A DNA stretch of 63,937 bases, the filler included, from Barthelona sp. PAP020 (taxonomy: Eukaryota), in the NCBI GenBank assembly GCA_040182905.1. It is 4 parts of 4 records of this genome, joined end to end, with 100 filler letters (N's around TTAATTAATTAA, not from the genome) between each part and the next. Parts side by side here need not be neighbours in the genome. Positions count along the whole stretch, not along the records: positions 16,971 to 33,825 come from JARQWU010000254.1; 3 more parts are not named here. One strand, given 5' to 3'. Both the position numbers and the translations under genes were made by a program. This document shows, in pieces, positions 19,595 to 30,281 of the stretch (its first letter is position 1; each line of letters opens with the position of its first letter). The notes below the pieces were generated by a model, which worked only from the letters and a program-made list of their open reading frames with translations, was not told the DNA's origin and made no database searches.

Positions 19595-21808
19595 TTATGA
19601 TGTTGGTACCAAGGGAAGAGTGGCTTCAGCAAAATAACTAGCAAAGTTATAAAAATCTACATTACGGCAATTTTCAGCTAATTGAGTGAAGGTATTTCCC
19701 AACAAATGACAACCAAAAGCACTCTTAACAGGACAGTTAATTTCATAACGAGTACCAGCATGAGTATCAATCATACCAACAACATCGTTTTCAGGAACAA
19801 TAGAAGCAATTGATTTTCTCATATCATCAACATCAAGGTCATATTTAGCACTAGATAACCAAAGACCAGTGGGTGAAATGGATAAAGATTTTGCCTTATA
19901 AACAGTGGCTAACATATTAGATAATGAGCCACCCAATGAATGTCCAACAAAAACAACTTCAACATTATTCTGTTTAGCAGTTGCTATTGTAGATGCTAAG
20001 ACATCCTTAATATCATAAAAATAATCTCTAGTAGCAAATTTAAACACATTAGTAACAGTTGATAACATCTTAATAAAGAAGAATTGTAATTTAGGAGGGA
20101 ACATTGCACCAAAAGGAATAGTGCCACGCATGACTTCTAAGACAGCAGCTTCACCAAACAATTGTGCATCAGCACTGAAATCTAATGTTACAGTTGAACC
20201 ACGAACAGCCACAACCATCATATTATGTGAAACAGATTCATAAATATTGAAATATACACCCGAACTTGTAATTGTTGTAGCTCGATTAGTCCAATCTGTG
20301 TTATTAAAAGGTGCATAATAATTGAATAAGTATGGTTGATAAGACAAAGCAGCAAACATAGCCATATCCAAGAAAGGAACTGGAGTACCATGATGAGAAG
20401 AACTGTATGTAGAGTTACAGAAAGGATATTCTTGACGATTTGAGTGCATAGTTGGAGCAACTGAAGGCAATGCTTCAATGTTTAAATTGTAGGAGGTTGT
20501 AACGTTGAGGGCCGTGACATTAGCTTTACCAGCACTCACCGAAAAGCCTTTGGAAGGTGATACAATCAAGAGAACAAATAGGAAGAAAACAAAAACCAAA
20601 AATCCCCAACTCCAATCATGAACTTTGGTTCGAATCTCGCTCCAAGAAATCATACCGTATGATAAAGCCATCATGACAGGAATCATAAACATTGAGAAGA
20701 CAATAACAAAACCAATGAAAGTGAAGTTAGAATTGAAGGGGTTGTTGACACGATGGGACCAGATGGAAAGGAGGGGTACTGAAAAATAGAGAAGCAATCC
20801 AGGAACCATGAACAAAATAGTGAATGACTTGAGAGCATTGATAACTTGATGCCAACAGATATAAACACATCTGATTGATATATCGAAAATAATAAATAAA
20901 ATCATGATGCAACAATATACAAATAAAGGAGCAATAAATGCATACGAGAAAAACATATTATTAGACAGTGTAATCCATGAACCAGCAACACAAGAAACAA
21001 GACTGATCAAAAGATTAACTGACCAATGAGAGGTTAACAATCTAATGAAAAATGAAGGAACTGTATCCAAATAGTCTTGGTAATCCTTACTAGACAGTAA
21101 TTGACGGCTACCAACAAACATTCTAACAACAGGATACAGGAAATACCAACGAATCATGGGTCTATAAGGCTTGGATAATTCGTTTGCAATCTTATCTTCA
21201 ACAATAACACGATCATCTTCAAATACATGTAAATTATTGGGGGTAGAGTGCTCCACCTTTTTGGTTTCTTTGTCATCACTGTTAATAGCAGGAGTGACAG
21301 TTGAAACTTCCAAAGCCGCACTTGGATTACGAGCCATATTGGCAGGATCATGTTGAAGTTGTTTTAAACGCTGTTGCATAGCATAATTTGTCTCAATTGG
21401 TGAATCTGGTTCAACACGATACATTTCATAATTCTTGTGGAAAGTGTTAATCCAAGGATAATCCACTTCTTCATCAATTTCATCAAAGCTTAACTTATAT
21501 ATATATTTAGAAAGTAAATTGTGCATATGGAATATTGAAATATACACCCAAAGTACTAAAACCAATAAGAATATTAAGTTAACAAAAAGATCAATTCCAT
21601 TTTCACTTAATCTTGCTTGAACAGCAGCATATAATGATTGGATCATAGTAATTAATGAAATACCAACATTGAATACATATAATAACAATAAACTAAAATA
21701 CAATAGGATATTATGTACTCTTCTTAACAAACTTGCAAAGAAAAAGCAAGCTGCAACTATAACAACCATAAATATGGAAGTTACAGATATTTCTTCAGCA
21801 TCCGCCAT
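19595..21808 (-). CDS. Multi-pass membrane protein with C-terminal class 3 lipase domain
   Basis: Start MADAEE; ~8 TM segments; VAVRGS, GHSLGG nucleophile elbow, ENDVVG, GCHLL. Confidence 0.85.
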   Translation of the reverse strand: MADAEEISVTSIFMVVIVAACFFFASLLRRVHNILLYFSLLLLYVFNVGISLITMIQSLYAAVQARLSENGIDLFVNLIFLLVLVLWVYISIFHMHNLLSKYIYKLSFDEIDEEVDYPWINTFHKNYEMYRVEPDSPIETNYAMQQRLKQLQHDPANMARNPSAALEVSTVTPAINSDDKETKKVEHSTPNNLHVFEDDRVIVEDKIANELSKPYRPMIRWYFLYPVVRMFVGSRQLLSSKDYQDYLDTVPSFFIRLLTSHWSVNLLISLVSCVAGSWITLSNNMFFSYAFIAPLFVYCCIMILFIIFDISIRCVYICWHQVINALKSFTILFMVPGLLLYFSVPLLSIWSHRVNNPFNSNFTFIGFVIVFSMFMIPVMMALSYGMISWSEIRTKVHDWSWGFLVFVFFLFVLLIVSPSKGFSVSAGKANVTALNVTTSYNLNIEALPSVAPTMHSNRQEYPFCNSTYSSSHHGTPVPFLDMAMFAALSYQPYLFNYYAPFNNTDWTNRATTITSSGVYFNIYESVSHNMMVVAVRGSTVTLDFSADAQLFGEAAVLEVMRGTIPFGAMFPPKLQFFFIKMLSTVTNVFKFATRDYFYDIKDVLASTIATAKQNNVEVVFVGHSLGGSLSNMLATVYKAKSLSISPTGLWLSSAKYDLDVDDMRKSIASIVPENDVVGMIDTHAGTRYEINCPVKSAFGCHLLGNTFTQLAENCRNVDFYNFASYFAEATLPLVPTS

Positions 21809-22238
21809 TAGTTTAGAAAGAAAAAAAATCAAATGTGAAGCTATTATTGGATTTTGTCCAAATTTGAAAGATTGAAATTTTGTTGAAAAAGCTATTTACT
21901 CATATATTTTTGATTAAAGCAATGAAAACGAAGGTTTTTCTGAATAAAAAATGGCGGTGACAAGAAAATTCAAAAATTCAGCCTGTTTTAGAATTGGAAA
22001 AAATGTGTCTAAATATGATATTTGAAATTATTTTTAAGATCATGGAAAATCTTTGTTATTGAGATGAAATTTGGAAAAAAGAACACTGAATATCGATATT
22101 TTGAACACTTAAAAATCCCTCATCCATTAAATATAAATGAAATAAAACGTTTTAAGATTGTTTATCGTATTATTTTTATTGATATTTAAAAAGAAAGTGA
22201 CAAAAAATAGGAAAATTGCAAATTTTTAATAAATACAT

Positions 22239-23819
22239 TTATAAAAGATCTAATACTAAAAAATCGTTTGTTAATTCTTTAGTTAAATATTCTTGAGTAC
22301 AATTTTTTAAAGCAATCCACGAAAAAGCAAAGATTAGATCTTTGACTGAAACAAATTCAGTAACATTAATTTCAAAACTAATGTCAATAGGACAAGGAGG
22401 AACCCAAAAACTCTCACCAGAAATTATATCATCCTTAACATCAATTAATAAACTTATGGCAAGCTGTTGATTCACAACAGAAAAAACTTTTGCAACAAAT
22501 GAATCTTTTGAAATATTCAATAAATTTTCGACTTCATCTGAGTCAAGATCTTCTTCTTCCATTTCTGAAAGATCACTATGCAAATAATCAAGTTGGTTTC
22601 TAAATAGGGCAAACAAAGCACTTTCTATTTTATACAATCTCAATATCCAAGTATCTAAATTATTATAGAATTCATTGACATTGCCATTTCGTACTAAATT
22701 ACGCAGTCCACCAAAAATCTCATGAAAACTATTCAACATATCATTGAATGGGTAGGTAAAAGTGCTTAACATCTCATCTAATTCACCGACAACATTCGTT
22801 ACATTAATGGTTGCACAAATATTTGCAAATGTTTTAGCCAATAATACACCTGCTTTGACGATTGGCGAACCAATCAGTTTGACAATGGTAACAAAAGAAG
22901 GTGCAATCATGTCATAAAAAGACTCATGTAGCTTCTCATATTGATGAGAATATACCTCATTTAGCATTTTTGCATCTTTTCCATTTGGAGTTTCCTTTAT
23001 TCTTTCCAATATACTTTTAACGTTGTTATACGTATCATTATACTGAAATTCCAATGTCTCCTTTTCTTTTGCACATATGCACATGATAAATTCTTTCAAA
23101 TTTTCAAACATTTCCTCTTTTTTTTTTCTGTCCATATATGATTCGTTTGTGATGTTTGTCATTAATTGATGAAATATGATCGATAATGGTAGATCATTCA
23201 GTAAATTATATAGCGATTCGCATAAGGTTTTTTCCCAACGAACATCAATTTTATACATAGATTGAATAACCAGCTCAATTGCATGACATAAGGCTACGTT
23301 GCAATCAAAAGCCTTCAGTTCACGACATCCCAATGAAATCCAAGCTATTTGTGAGGTGAACAATTTAAAATTTTGTTGATTCAACGCATCTATTACATAT
23401 GTTCTTTCCAAATAATTATAAGGTTCTATTTTAAAGGAAAAAGGTCTTTCCATGTCTTCGACATAATCAGTTTCGTCACCACATTGCAATACTTGAGCTC
23501 CTTTAACCGAAAATACTCCTTTTAATTTATCAGAGGTTATTGGCAATGAAGAATAATAATACACATTCATATCTTCTTCAATTCGGAAAATTCTCTTTTT
23601 CCAACTTCGATAACTTCCACCTTGTTTTTCCATTTTAATTGGCATAGACGCATGGAAATTCTTATTATGCAATGTAACATCATGATTTAAAGATTCAATT
23701 TCTTCCCAAATATCTACTACACATTGAGTTGAATAATATTTAATTAACTTTTCATTTAATGTATTAAAAAAAACTTTAGCTTGATTTTCAATCGAAATCT
23801 TAAGTTCATTTAAATTCAT
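22239..23819 (-). CDS. PH-domain protein, Niban/FAM129-like
   Basis: MEKQGGSYRSWKKRIF...LKGVFSVKGA PH motifs followed by a long helical region; probable start MNLNEL. Confidence 0.7.
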   Translation of the reverse strand: MNLNELKISIENQAKVFFNTLNEKLIKYYSTQCVVDIWEEIESLNHDVTLHNKNFHASMPIKMEKQGGSYRSWKKRIFRIEEDMNVYYYSSLPITSDKLKGVFSVKGAQVLQCGDETDYVEDMERPFSFKIEPYNYLERTYVIDALNQQNFKLFTSQIAWISLGCRELKAFDCNVALCHAIELVIQSMYKIDVRWEKTLCESLYNLLNDLPLSIIFHQLMTNITNESYMDRKKKEEMFENLKEFIMCICAKEKETLEFQYNDTYNNVKSILERIKETPNGKDAKMLNEVYSHQYEKLHESFYDMIAPSFVTIVKLIGSPIVKAGVLLAKTFANICATINVTNVVGELDEMLSTFTYPFNDMLNSFHEIFGGLRNLVRNGNVNEFYNNLDTWILRLYKIESALFALFRNQLDYLHSDLSEMEEEDLDSDEVENLLNISKDSFVAKVFSVVNQQLAISLLIDVKDDIISGESFWVPPCPIDISFEINVTEFVSVKDLIFAFSWIALKNCTQEYLTKELTNDFLVLDLL

Positions 23820-24273
23820 TACAACATAAAAAATAAAGAATAATTTTTTTGATTTTAATTTAATGTTTTCTTCATTATTTACCATATTATTGGGATTATT
23901 TGCCTTATCTATGCAATTTGGAACTGTTGCAGCTTCAGGTTTAAAAGCTTTTATGAAAAAATTTTCTAACAATTTTAGGTGTTGATTTACTTGCTTGGTT
24001 CGTCATTGTTATTATTATTATTGTTGCAGTTCTTGCTTTCTTAGGTTATCGTTCTCAAAAACTGTGATTTTTTTGTTTTGTGGATTTTTTTCTTTGTCTT
24101 CAATATAATTTCTTATAAAATCTTTTAATATTTGTTTAACACTTTTTTATTGTTTTCATCGTGTCGATTTCAAAGCGAAGGTTCAAATTGATAAAAAAGT
24201 ATAATGAATCATTTATAGATTAAAAAAATAGTACTTCCATTGCAATTAATGAAACAAAAAAAATTTTAAAGAG

Positions 24274-25434
24274 TTACATGGTGATAAATTGAGAAAAATT
24301 ACCCAACTGATTTGATTTTTCATTCATATTTGACACATCATTGAAAGAAAAGGACATATCAGAAGCGTTGAAAGGCAATTGATAATTAGTCAAATTGATC
24401 AAAGGGTTTGCATTCAAAGCTGTGTTCACCATTGTTTGATCAGTGGTTGTCACATAAGGAGACATCATGAACATATTAGGCATTGGATATGCCATCATTT
24501 CGGGTTTAAAACCTGAAAATTGAGTTAAATACGGTGTTGTAGGAGTTAATGGAGTATTTATTTGTTCAGGTTGAACCATAGAAGGAGGTGAAGGTGTAGA
24601 AGGTCTTTTACAAGGTCTCCTGTTAATATTTGGGTCACTGGGAGGTCCATGATAATGCTCATGTTCATACGTAATTGTTAATGGACTATTAGCATCAGAA
24701 TTATTTTTTTGAACTAATTTCTTTGCAAAACAATCCTTATGAGCACACTTAAAATAAGATTTGGATGTGTTTGAACCTTTTACAGTTTTTTGTCCATATT
24801 TCTTCCAAGAAAATCCATCAACAATGAAATCAACACTGCTTGCTGCTTCAATAATTAGTCGAAGTTCAGCATATGATCCAGATGGTTTTGGTAAGGAACT
24901 AACATCAGTATTTGAATCGCCAAGTGTATATTGTAAAACCAAATTTTTAAATTCTTCTTGTGTGTTCGCAATTTCTTTTCTTACTGTGGGCTTGGAATGA
25001 TTGTGTTCTCCTTTATAAACAGAAGAAATTTCTGCGTCTTCAAATCTTTTAGAAACTTGTCTCTTGCAAGGGCAACCAGGAAAAGCACATTTGTAATAAC
25101 AAGTTGGGAAAGGATTATTTTTTGAAAACTTTTGTCCATACTTTCTCCAATGAAAACCATCATCAATTGATTCTGATGAATAATATGAATGTTGTCTTCT
25201 TTTTTTACTATTAGCTTCATTCTGAGAAGCAAACATAAAATTAACATCTTTAAATGGATTACTAATAGCAGAATATTGATTTTGACTTAAATCAACCATA
25301 CTATTAAAAGATTGTGCCATCGTTTGTGGAACAAAAGATGGGAAAGGTGTTTCTTGATTAAAATTGCTTGGTGCAAGATAGAAATTATTTTCAGGATTAA
25401 TTTGTCCACCTGGAGGATACACAATATGATTCAT
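24274..25434 (-). CDS. WRKY: WRKY transcription factor with two WRKY domains (group I-like)
   Basis: DDGFHWRKYGQK..C-x4-C..HNH and DGFSWKKYGQK..C-x4-C..HYH. Confidence 0.95.
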   Translation of the reverse strand: MNHIVYPPGGQINPENNFYLAPSNFNQETPFPSFVPQTMAQSFNSMVDLSQNQYSAISNPFKDVNFMFASQNEANSKKRRQHSYYSSESIDDGFHWRKYGQKFSKNNPFPTCYYKCAFPGCPCKRQVSKRFEDAEISSVYKGEHNHSKPTVRKEIANTQEEFKNLVLQYTLGDSNTDVSSLPKPSGSYAELRLIIEAASSVDFIVDGFSWKKYGQKTVKGSNTSKSYFKCAHKDCFAKKLVQKNNSDANSPLTITYEHEHYHGPPSDPNINRRPCKRPSTPSPPSMVQPEQINTPLTPTTPYLTQFSGFKPEMMAYPMPNMFMMSPYVTTTDQTMVNTALNANPLINLTNYQLPFNASDMSFSFNDVSNMNEKSNQLGNFSQFITM

Positions 25435-25810
25435 TATAAAAAGAAAAGAAAGCTTTTATCCATAAATTGCCCTTGATCAAATAGTTCTTTTTAAAAAACA
25501 ACAAAATTTTTTGGTCAATGATAAAATATGACCTTTTATTGGCAATGTTACTTCATGGGAAAGAAATCTATCGATTTGAAAGAAAATGAAGGATTTTTTT
25601 CATTTTGAAAGTGGTTGACTTTTTTTTTTAAAAAAAAAAATCTTTCACGTTTTTCAATTTCATTTAAAAATGCCCAAAAAGGATATTGTCATTTGAGAGT
25701 GTTAAAAAAAAAAAAATTTTTTTCTTTTTGAAAATAGCGGATGAGTTGACAAATGGTGATAATTTGAATGGAGAAGATTAAAAATAAACAAAATAAATAT
25801 CTATGCAAAT

Positions 25811-27154
25811 TTATACTTGTGAAATATCATATTTTGAAAAAGATTGTTTTTGGGTAGCCAATTCTGGAAAACGATCCAATAATTTAGACACATGAATAAA
25901 ATGGTGATGCAATGATGAAGTAGGTTTTTGACCTAATTCTTGTCTAACAGGACAAAATGAATTAACACTGATTGGAGAGAGCTTACACCCACAAAAATGA
26001 CAACCCATATTTAATCGATCAATTCTTTTGGCATATGTATCGTTGAGTTTAATCCAATCCAAAATCTCCTTGTTTTTTTGGTCCAACGCATCATTTTTAT
26101 TTTGCTGTAATTCTTCTATTTTTAAGTCACGAACATTTAAATCATTCTGCAAATCAAATATTTTGTTTTTTAAAGTTTCTAAATCTTTTGATTGATGTCT
26201 CCATTCAACCAACGTTCTGGGATACAAAATAGGTGGTGGTGATAATGGAGTATCTTCTATAGGAGTAGATAATACTGCTTTTGCTTGTCTGGAGATATCA
26301 TCAAAATTTCTTAAAAATTCAAAACTTTTCTGGTCATGTAATCTACTCATTGACATGTTTTCAAACTCTTGCAGTCTACTGAGCCTTGTTCTGATGAATT
26401 GCAATTCACTTTCGAGATGGAGCTTTTTTTGTCTTCCAATGTGTTCTAATTCGTTAATGATTTCATCATAGATTTTTCGAGATTCAACCTCAATAACATT
26501 CTGTTCTCTATCTATACCTTCCATAAACAATTTAATTTCATTGATTCGTCTTAATCCCTGTTCTCTCAATTGAGGCAATTGAGTGGATAGTAGCGTGTGA
26601 AATTGAGCTCTTTTGCGATCAAAAGCCTCAATTAAATCAATGATCAAGTGGCTTTCATGTAAATGTTGATGTTGACATTCTTGACATACCAAAGTATTGC
26701 ACGAACAGCACCATTGTAAAGCAAAATTGCTTGGATGTATGGGACATCTTGTTCTAAATGATTCAACGTTAGATAATGGCACAGTTTTATGATTCATAAA
26801 CGATTGAATGGAATGAATTTGACCGCTACAATCTTTACATAAAATGAGATTACAATCAGTACAATATATGGAAGCAGTTTTAGTATGACAATTTTCACAT
26901 TGTTCAAAACTGGATTGGGAAGTGAAAGACGCGATTGAAGTTACATTTTCACTAGTATCATTCTTTTGTTGATTGGTATCAACTTTATGTTCAATTTCAG
27001 CTTTTAAATCGGATTTGGAGCTTGATCTTCTTGAACTTCCTTTTTTTGAACCACTAGAGCTTTTAGATTTTGAATGTTTCGAATCCGATTTTCCTTTTCG
27101 TGAGGAAGAAGATTTTGATCTTTTGGACTTAGAACTTTTTGAATCAGAAGACAT
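25811..27154 (-). CDS. Tandem B-box zinc finger plus coiled-coil (TRIM-like, no RING)
   Basis: CENC..CTDC..CKDC..H..H and CPIH..CCSC..CQEC..H..H, then coiled coil; Ser/Lys-rich N-terminus. Confidence 0.8.
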   Translation of the reverse strand: MSSDSKSSKSKRSKSSSSRKGKSDSKHSKSKSSSGSKKGSSRRSSSKSDLKAEIEHKVDTNQQKNDTSENVTSIASFTSQSSFEQCENCHTKTASIYCTDCNLILCKDCSGQIHSIQSFMNHKTVPLSNVESFRTRCPIHPSNFALQWCCSCNTLVCQECQHQHLHESHLIIDLIEAFDRKRAQFHTLLSTQLPQLREQGLRRINEIKLFMEGIDREQNVIEVESRKIYDEIINELEHIGRQKKLHLESELQFIRTRLSRLQEFENMSMSRLHDQKSFEFLRNFDDISRQAKAVLSTPIEDTPLSPPPILYPRTLVEWRHQSKDLETLKNKIFDLQNDLNVRDLKIEELQQNKNDALDQKNKEILDWIKLNDTYAKRIDRLNMGCHFCGCKLSPISVNSFCPVRQELGQKPTSSLHHHFIHVSKLLDRFPELATQKQSFSKYDISQV

Positions 27155-27357
27155 TATACATGATTTTGATTATAAAAAAATTAGTGTTGCGCTTTTTTTT
27201 TGTGGATGAAAATATTAAGAATTCTTTCGTTTGTTGGATTTCAATGGTCTTATTTGTTCATATAAGTGATAAGACTTTAATTTATTTATAAAAATAAAGA
27301 CATAATTAATAAAATAAAAAAATTCTTTGTTTTTATGTGGTAATTGAATGATGAATA

Positions 27358-29817
27358 ATGAGTGAACGAGGTTTTTGTCATGAATTAGTCGGAGAATATA
27401 TAAAGAATGCAACTAGTTTACAACAAAAAGAAATAAGAACCAATAATTTTTGTTCAAGGGTTTTTAACATAAATGATAAATTATATGAGGTTCAACATGA
27501 GATTATGGAAGCTAGAGATGAATTGGATTTGTGTAAAAGAGAAGTTACTGAAATATTTGTTACATGGGAACAGTTGTGCAAAAGTCTTGAACCAATCATA
27601 GAAAAACAAGATGTCACTATGAAAGAATTGAAAGAATTAAAGATGAAAGTGAATATTATACAGAATGTTTCTGATATTGATCATTATTTCCGACGATTTG
27701 AGAGAAAGCTTTCAAACACAAATATTCTTGCTGATTCTTTTTTTCCTCAAAGCATTTTGAATGATGAGTTTTTAGAAAAAGTTACGTTTTTAAACAATGC
27801 CATTGCGTCATTAAATGAAGAAATTGGTGAAGCTTCTTCAAATGTTTCATATGATAGGATTCAATCATCACAACAATCTCAAACTTCATCTCAATTTATT
27901 TTAAAATTGTGCCATCGATATGAATCTGTGAAAAGGAGAGTTCTGAATTCAATTACTCAATGTCTCGAGTACGCGCTTCAAGAGTTGAGTTTAAAGATAA
28001 TTACCCTTCAAATGGGGTCTTTAAAGCATATTGAGAGTGTGGAGCTGAATCAAAAGAATGATAAAAATGATAAAGAGCAAATGGGTGTTGATGAAAGAAA
28101 GATAGAGGAATTTGGTTTGGCTCAAATACATTACAATATCTTTTCTGCGGCTTCTGTTCAGTTTTCTGAGTTTATTGAAGTTTTATTTTTGCTAGCAAGT
28201 GAAGGAGAAGTATCAATGAGTATCAGAACAAGATTAAAACAATTATTATTGTTTTGGATGCCTAAAGCTGATACTGAGGCTTTAAATGCCATTGGTAGAG
28301 TATTTCAATCATATTTTGATCAAAGGTTAATTATTTTACGACATTTTCTTGATCCTTACAAGTATATGTTTGATTTTTCAAATGTTTCAATTGAATTTCA
28401 ACGAATAATCCTACTTGCAGATTCTATTTTTACGAGAGAAGTTTCATTGTTTGAATCATTTTTTGCACTTCAGCCTAACTCTTCACAATCATTCCATGAG
28501 CGCTTTCAAGAGGAGTATTTGGAAAATATGTGGAAAATTTTTGAGATGAAATTGACTTTGTTGGTTCAAAAGTTGATATCAAAATTACTTTTTAAGACTT
28601 CATTAAAACATCATATAGATATGATAAAACTTATTGATAATCTTATTTTGGAGAATAAGAAGCCAATATATTTGAACTTTTGCAAAAATTTAACTTTGGA
28701 GTTGAAACAAAAGGTTTTATCAGAGGCATATTTGATTATCAATGATTTAGATCAATATTTACCCAACAATTATGGACATTATCCTGAGATATTATTGACT
28801 GAAGGCATTTGTTCCTTGTATTGTGAGCCTGTTGAGCGTGTTATCAATGTTTTGAATGAACTTTACGGAATATTTCATTACCGTGAATTTAAATCAGTTA
28901 TTCTTAACAGTTTGAGTTGTATGTTAAATGTTTTGAACAAATATTCTCAAAACATTGAAAAAAAGAATGGTTTTTTAAATGGTAAGATGTTTTTTTTGCA
29001 ACAATTGTTATTGTTGCGAGAATATTTATACAAATTGGATATTTTTGAAATGGAGCAATTGGACCACTTCCATTGCATTGAAAAATATTTAAAATTATCG
29101 ATGGCTTCAAATGGTTATCGGAATATCACAGATTTGGAAAATATCACTTTATTTGAGTATTTTTTCGGTTCTTGCTTTGAATTAATAAATGCTCATATTA
29201 TTGATGAGACAATTGATCCTTTGAAAAAATTGGACAAATATTTCAATCAACAATTGAAAAAATTGGGAAATTACGAAAATTTGTCTACTTCCATTCAAAA
29301 TTTTTCTATTTACAATCTTGAAAACGTTCGTAAAAGTTTACAAAAAGTTCAAAACGATTTTAATATTTATAAAAGTTTTGTTTACACTTTGAACTTATAC
29401 ATTCCACAGTTTTCAAACATTCAATCTTTTATTCTCAACAGGTTTCAGCAAACTTTCTTTGATATTCTCAAAAGTCTTAAAATTCATTTCAAATACATTT
29501 ACTCTGAGTTGAATCTTGATAATTTTTTTGTTCTTATTGATGAAGCAAGACAATTGACTGAAAAATTATCGCAAGATTCTGTTGAAGATTCAATACAACG
29601 ACATCCAGAAACCATAATTGAAGATGATGAAGTTAATGCGATTCATGACCATAAGACCGAGAAAGTTTGTTTGGATAATCAGTTTGAAGGAAATATTGAG
29701 GAATCTGATATCAAAAGTGTTGATGAAGAAGAAAATGTTGAAGTAATTCAGAGTCAGGTATTGTCAACCAAAGAAAGAACTGAAGAAGAAGTTTTGGACT
29801 CTGATCAAGAGTTTTAG
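27358..29817 (+). CDS. COG3: Conserved oligomeric Golgi complex subunit 3 (Sec34)-like
   Basis: YFDQRLIIL, REVSLFESFF, PVERVINVL, NGKMFFLQQLLLLREYL resemble COG3 blocks. Confidence 0.65.
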   Translation: MSERGFCHELVGEYIKNATSLQQKEIRTNNFCSRVFNINDKLYEVQHEIMEARDELDLCKREVTEIFVTWEQLCKSLEPIIEKQDVTMKELKELKMKVNIIQNVSDIDHYFRRFERKLSNTNILADSFFPQSILNDEFLEKVTFLNNAIASLNEEIGEASSNVSYDRIQSSQQSQTSSQFILKLCHRYESVKRRVLNSITQCLEYALQELSLKIITLQMGSLKHIESVELNQKNDKNDKEQMGVDERKIEEFGLAQIHYNIFSAASVQFSEFIEVLFLLASEGEVSMSIRTRLKQLLLFWMPKADTEALNAIGRVFQSYFDQRLIILRHFLDPYKYMFDFSNVSIEFQRIILLADSIFTREVSLFESFFALQPNSSQSFHERFQEEYLENMWKIFEMKLTLLVQKLISKLLFKTSLKHHIDMIKLIDNLILENKKPIYLNFCKNLTLELKQKVLSEAYLIINDLDQYLPNNYGHYPEILLTEGICSLYCEPVERVINVLNELYGIFHYREFKSVILNSLSCMLNVLNKYSQNIEKKNGFLNGKMFFLQQLLLLREYLYKLDIFEMEQLDHFHCIEKYLKLSMASNGYRNITDLENITLFEYFFGSCFELINAHIIDETIDPLKKLDKYFNQQLKKLGNYENLSTSIQNFSIYNLENVRKSLQKVQNDFNIYKSFVYTLNLYIPQFSNIQSFILNRFQQTFFDILKSLKIHFKYIYSELNLDNFFVLIDEARQLTEKLSQDSVEDSIQRHPETIIEDDEVNAIHDHKTEKVCLDNQFEGNIEESDIKSVDEEENVEVIQSQVLSTKERTEEEVLDSDQEF

Positions 29818-30281
29818 TGATTGCATTCTTATTTTATAAATTTTTTTTATTGGTCCAGTTGTGAAACAGCTTTTTTATTTGCAAAGAAAGGTTAAACATT
29901 GTAGAATCCTTTCAAGTGTTCATTGCTACATTTGAAGATATCCAATGTAGTGAGTTTATCAGCAAATTAATGATTAATTTTTAAAAGATGCTGAGAAGGC
30001 AAACACGAATGGTTGAAATGGTTTTATTAATATCAGATAACTACCGGTTTGAATTGGTTACAATAAGTAGTGTTTGTCCAAAAGGTAATCAAGGCAACCG
30101 AATGTTAAAATGTTGAAATTCTGTTGTTATGGTTCTATTTGATTGCTTCACAGATAAAAAGACTCTTATAGTGAAGTAGCAATATGAAAATGAATAAATA
30201 CTTGAAAGAAAAAATGTGCTTCATTTACATAATCAAGGAATATGTTTTCATTTGACATAGATGCACAACTGATGCCAAGTC

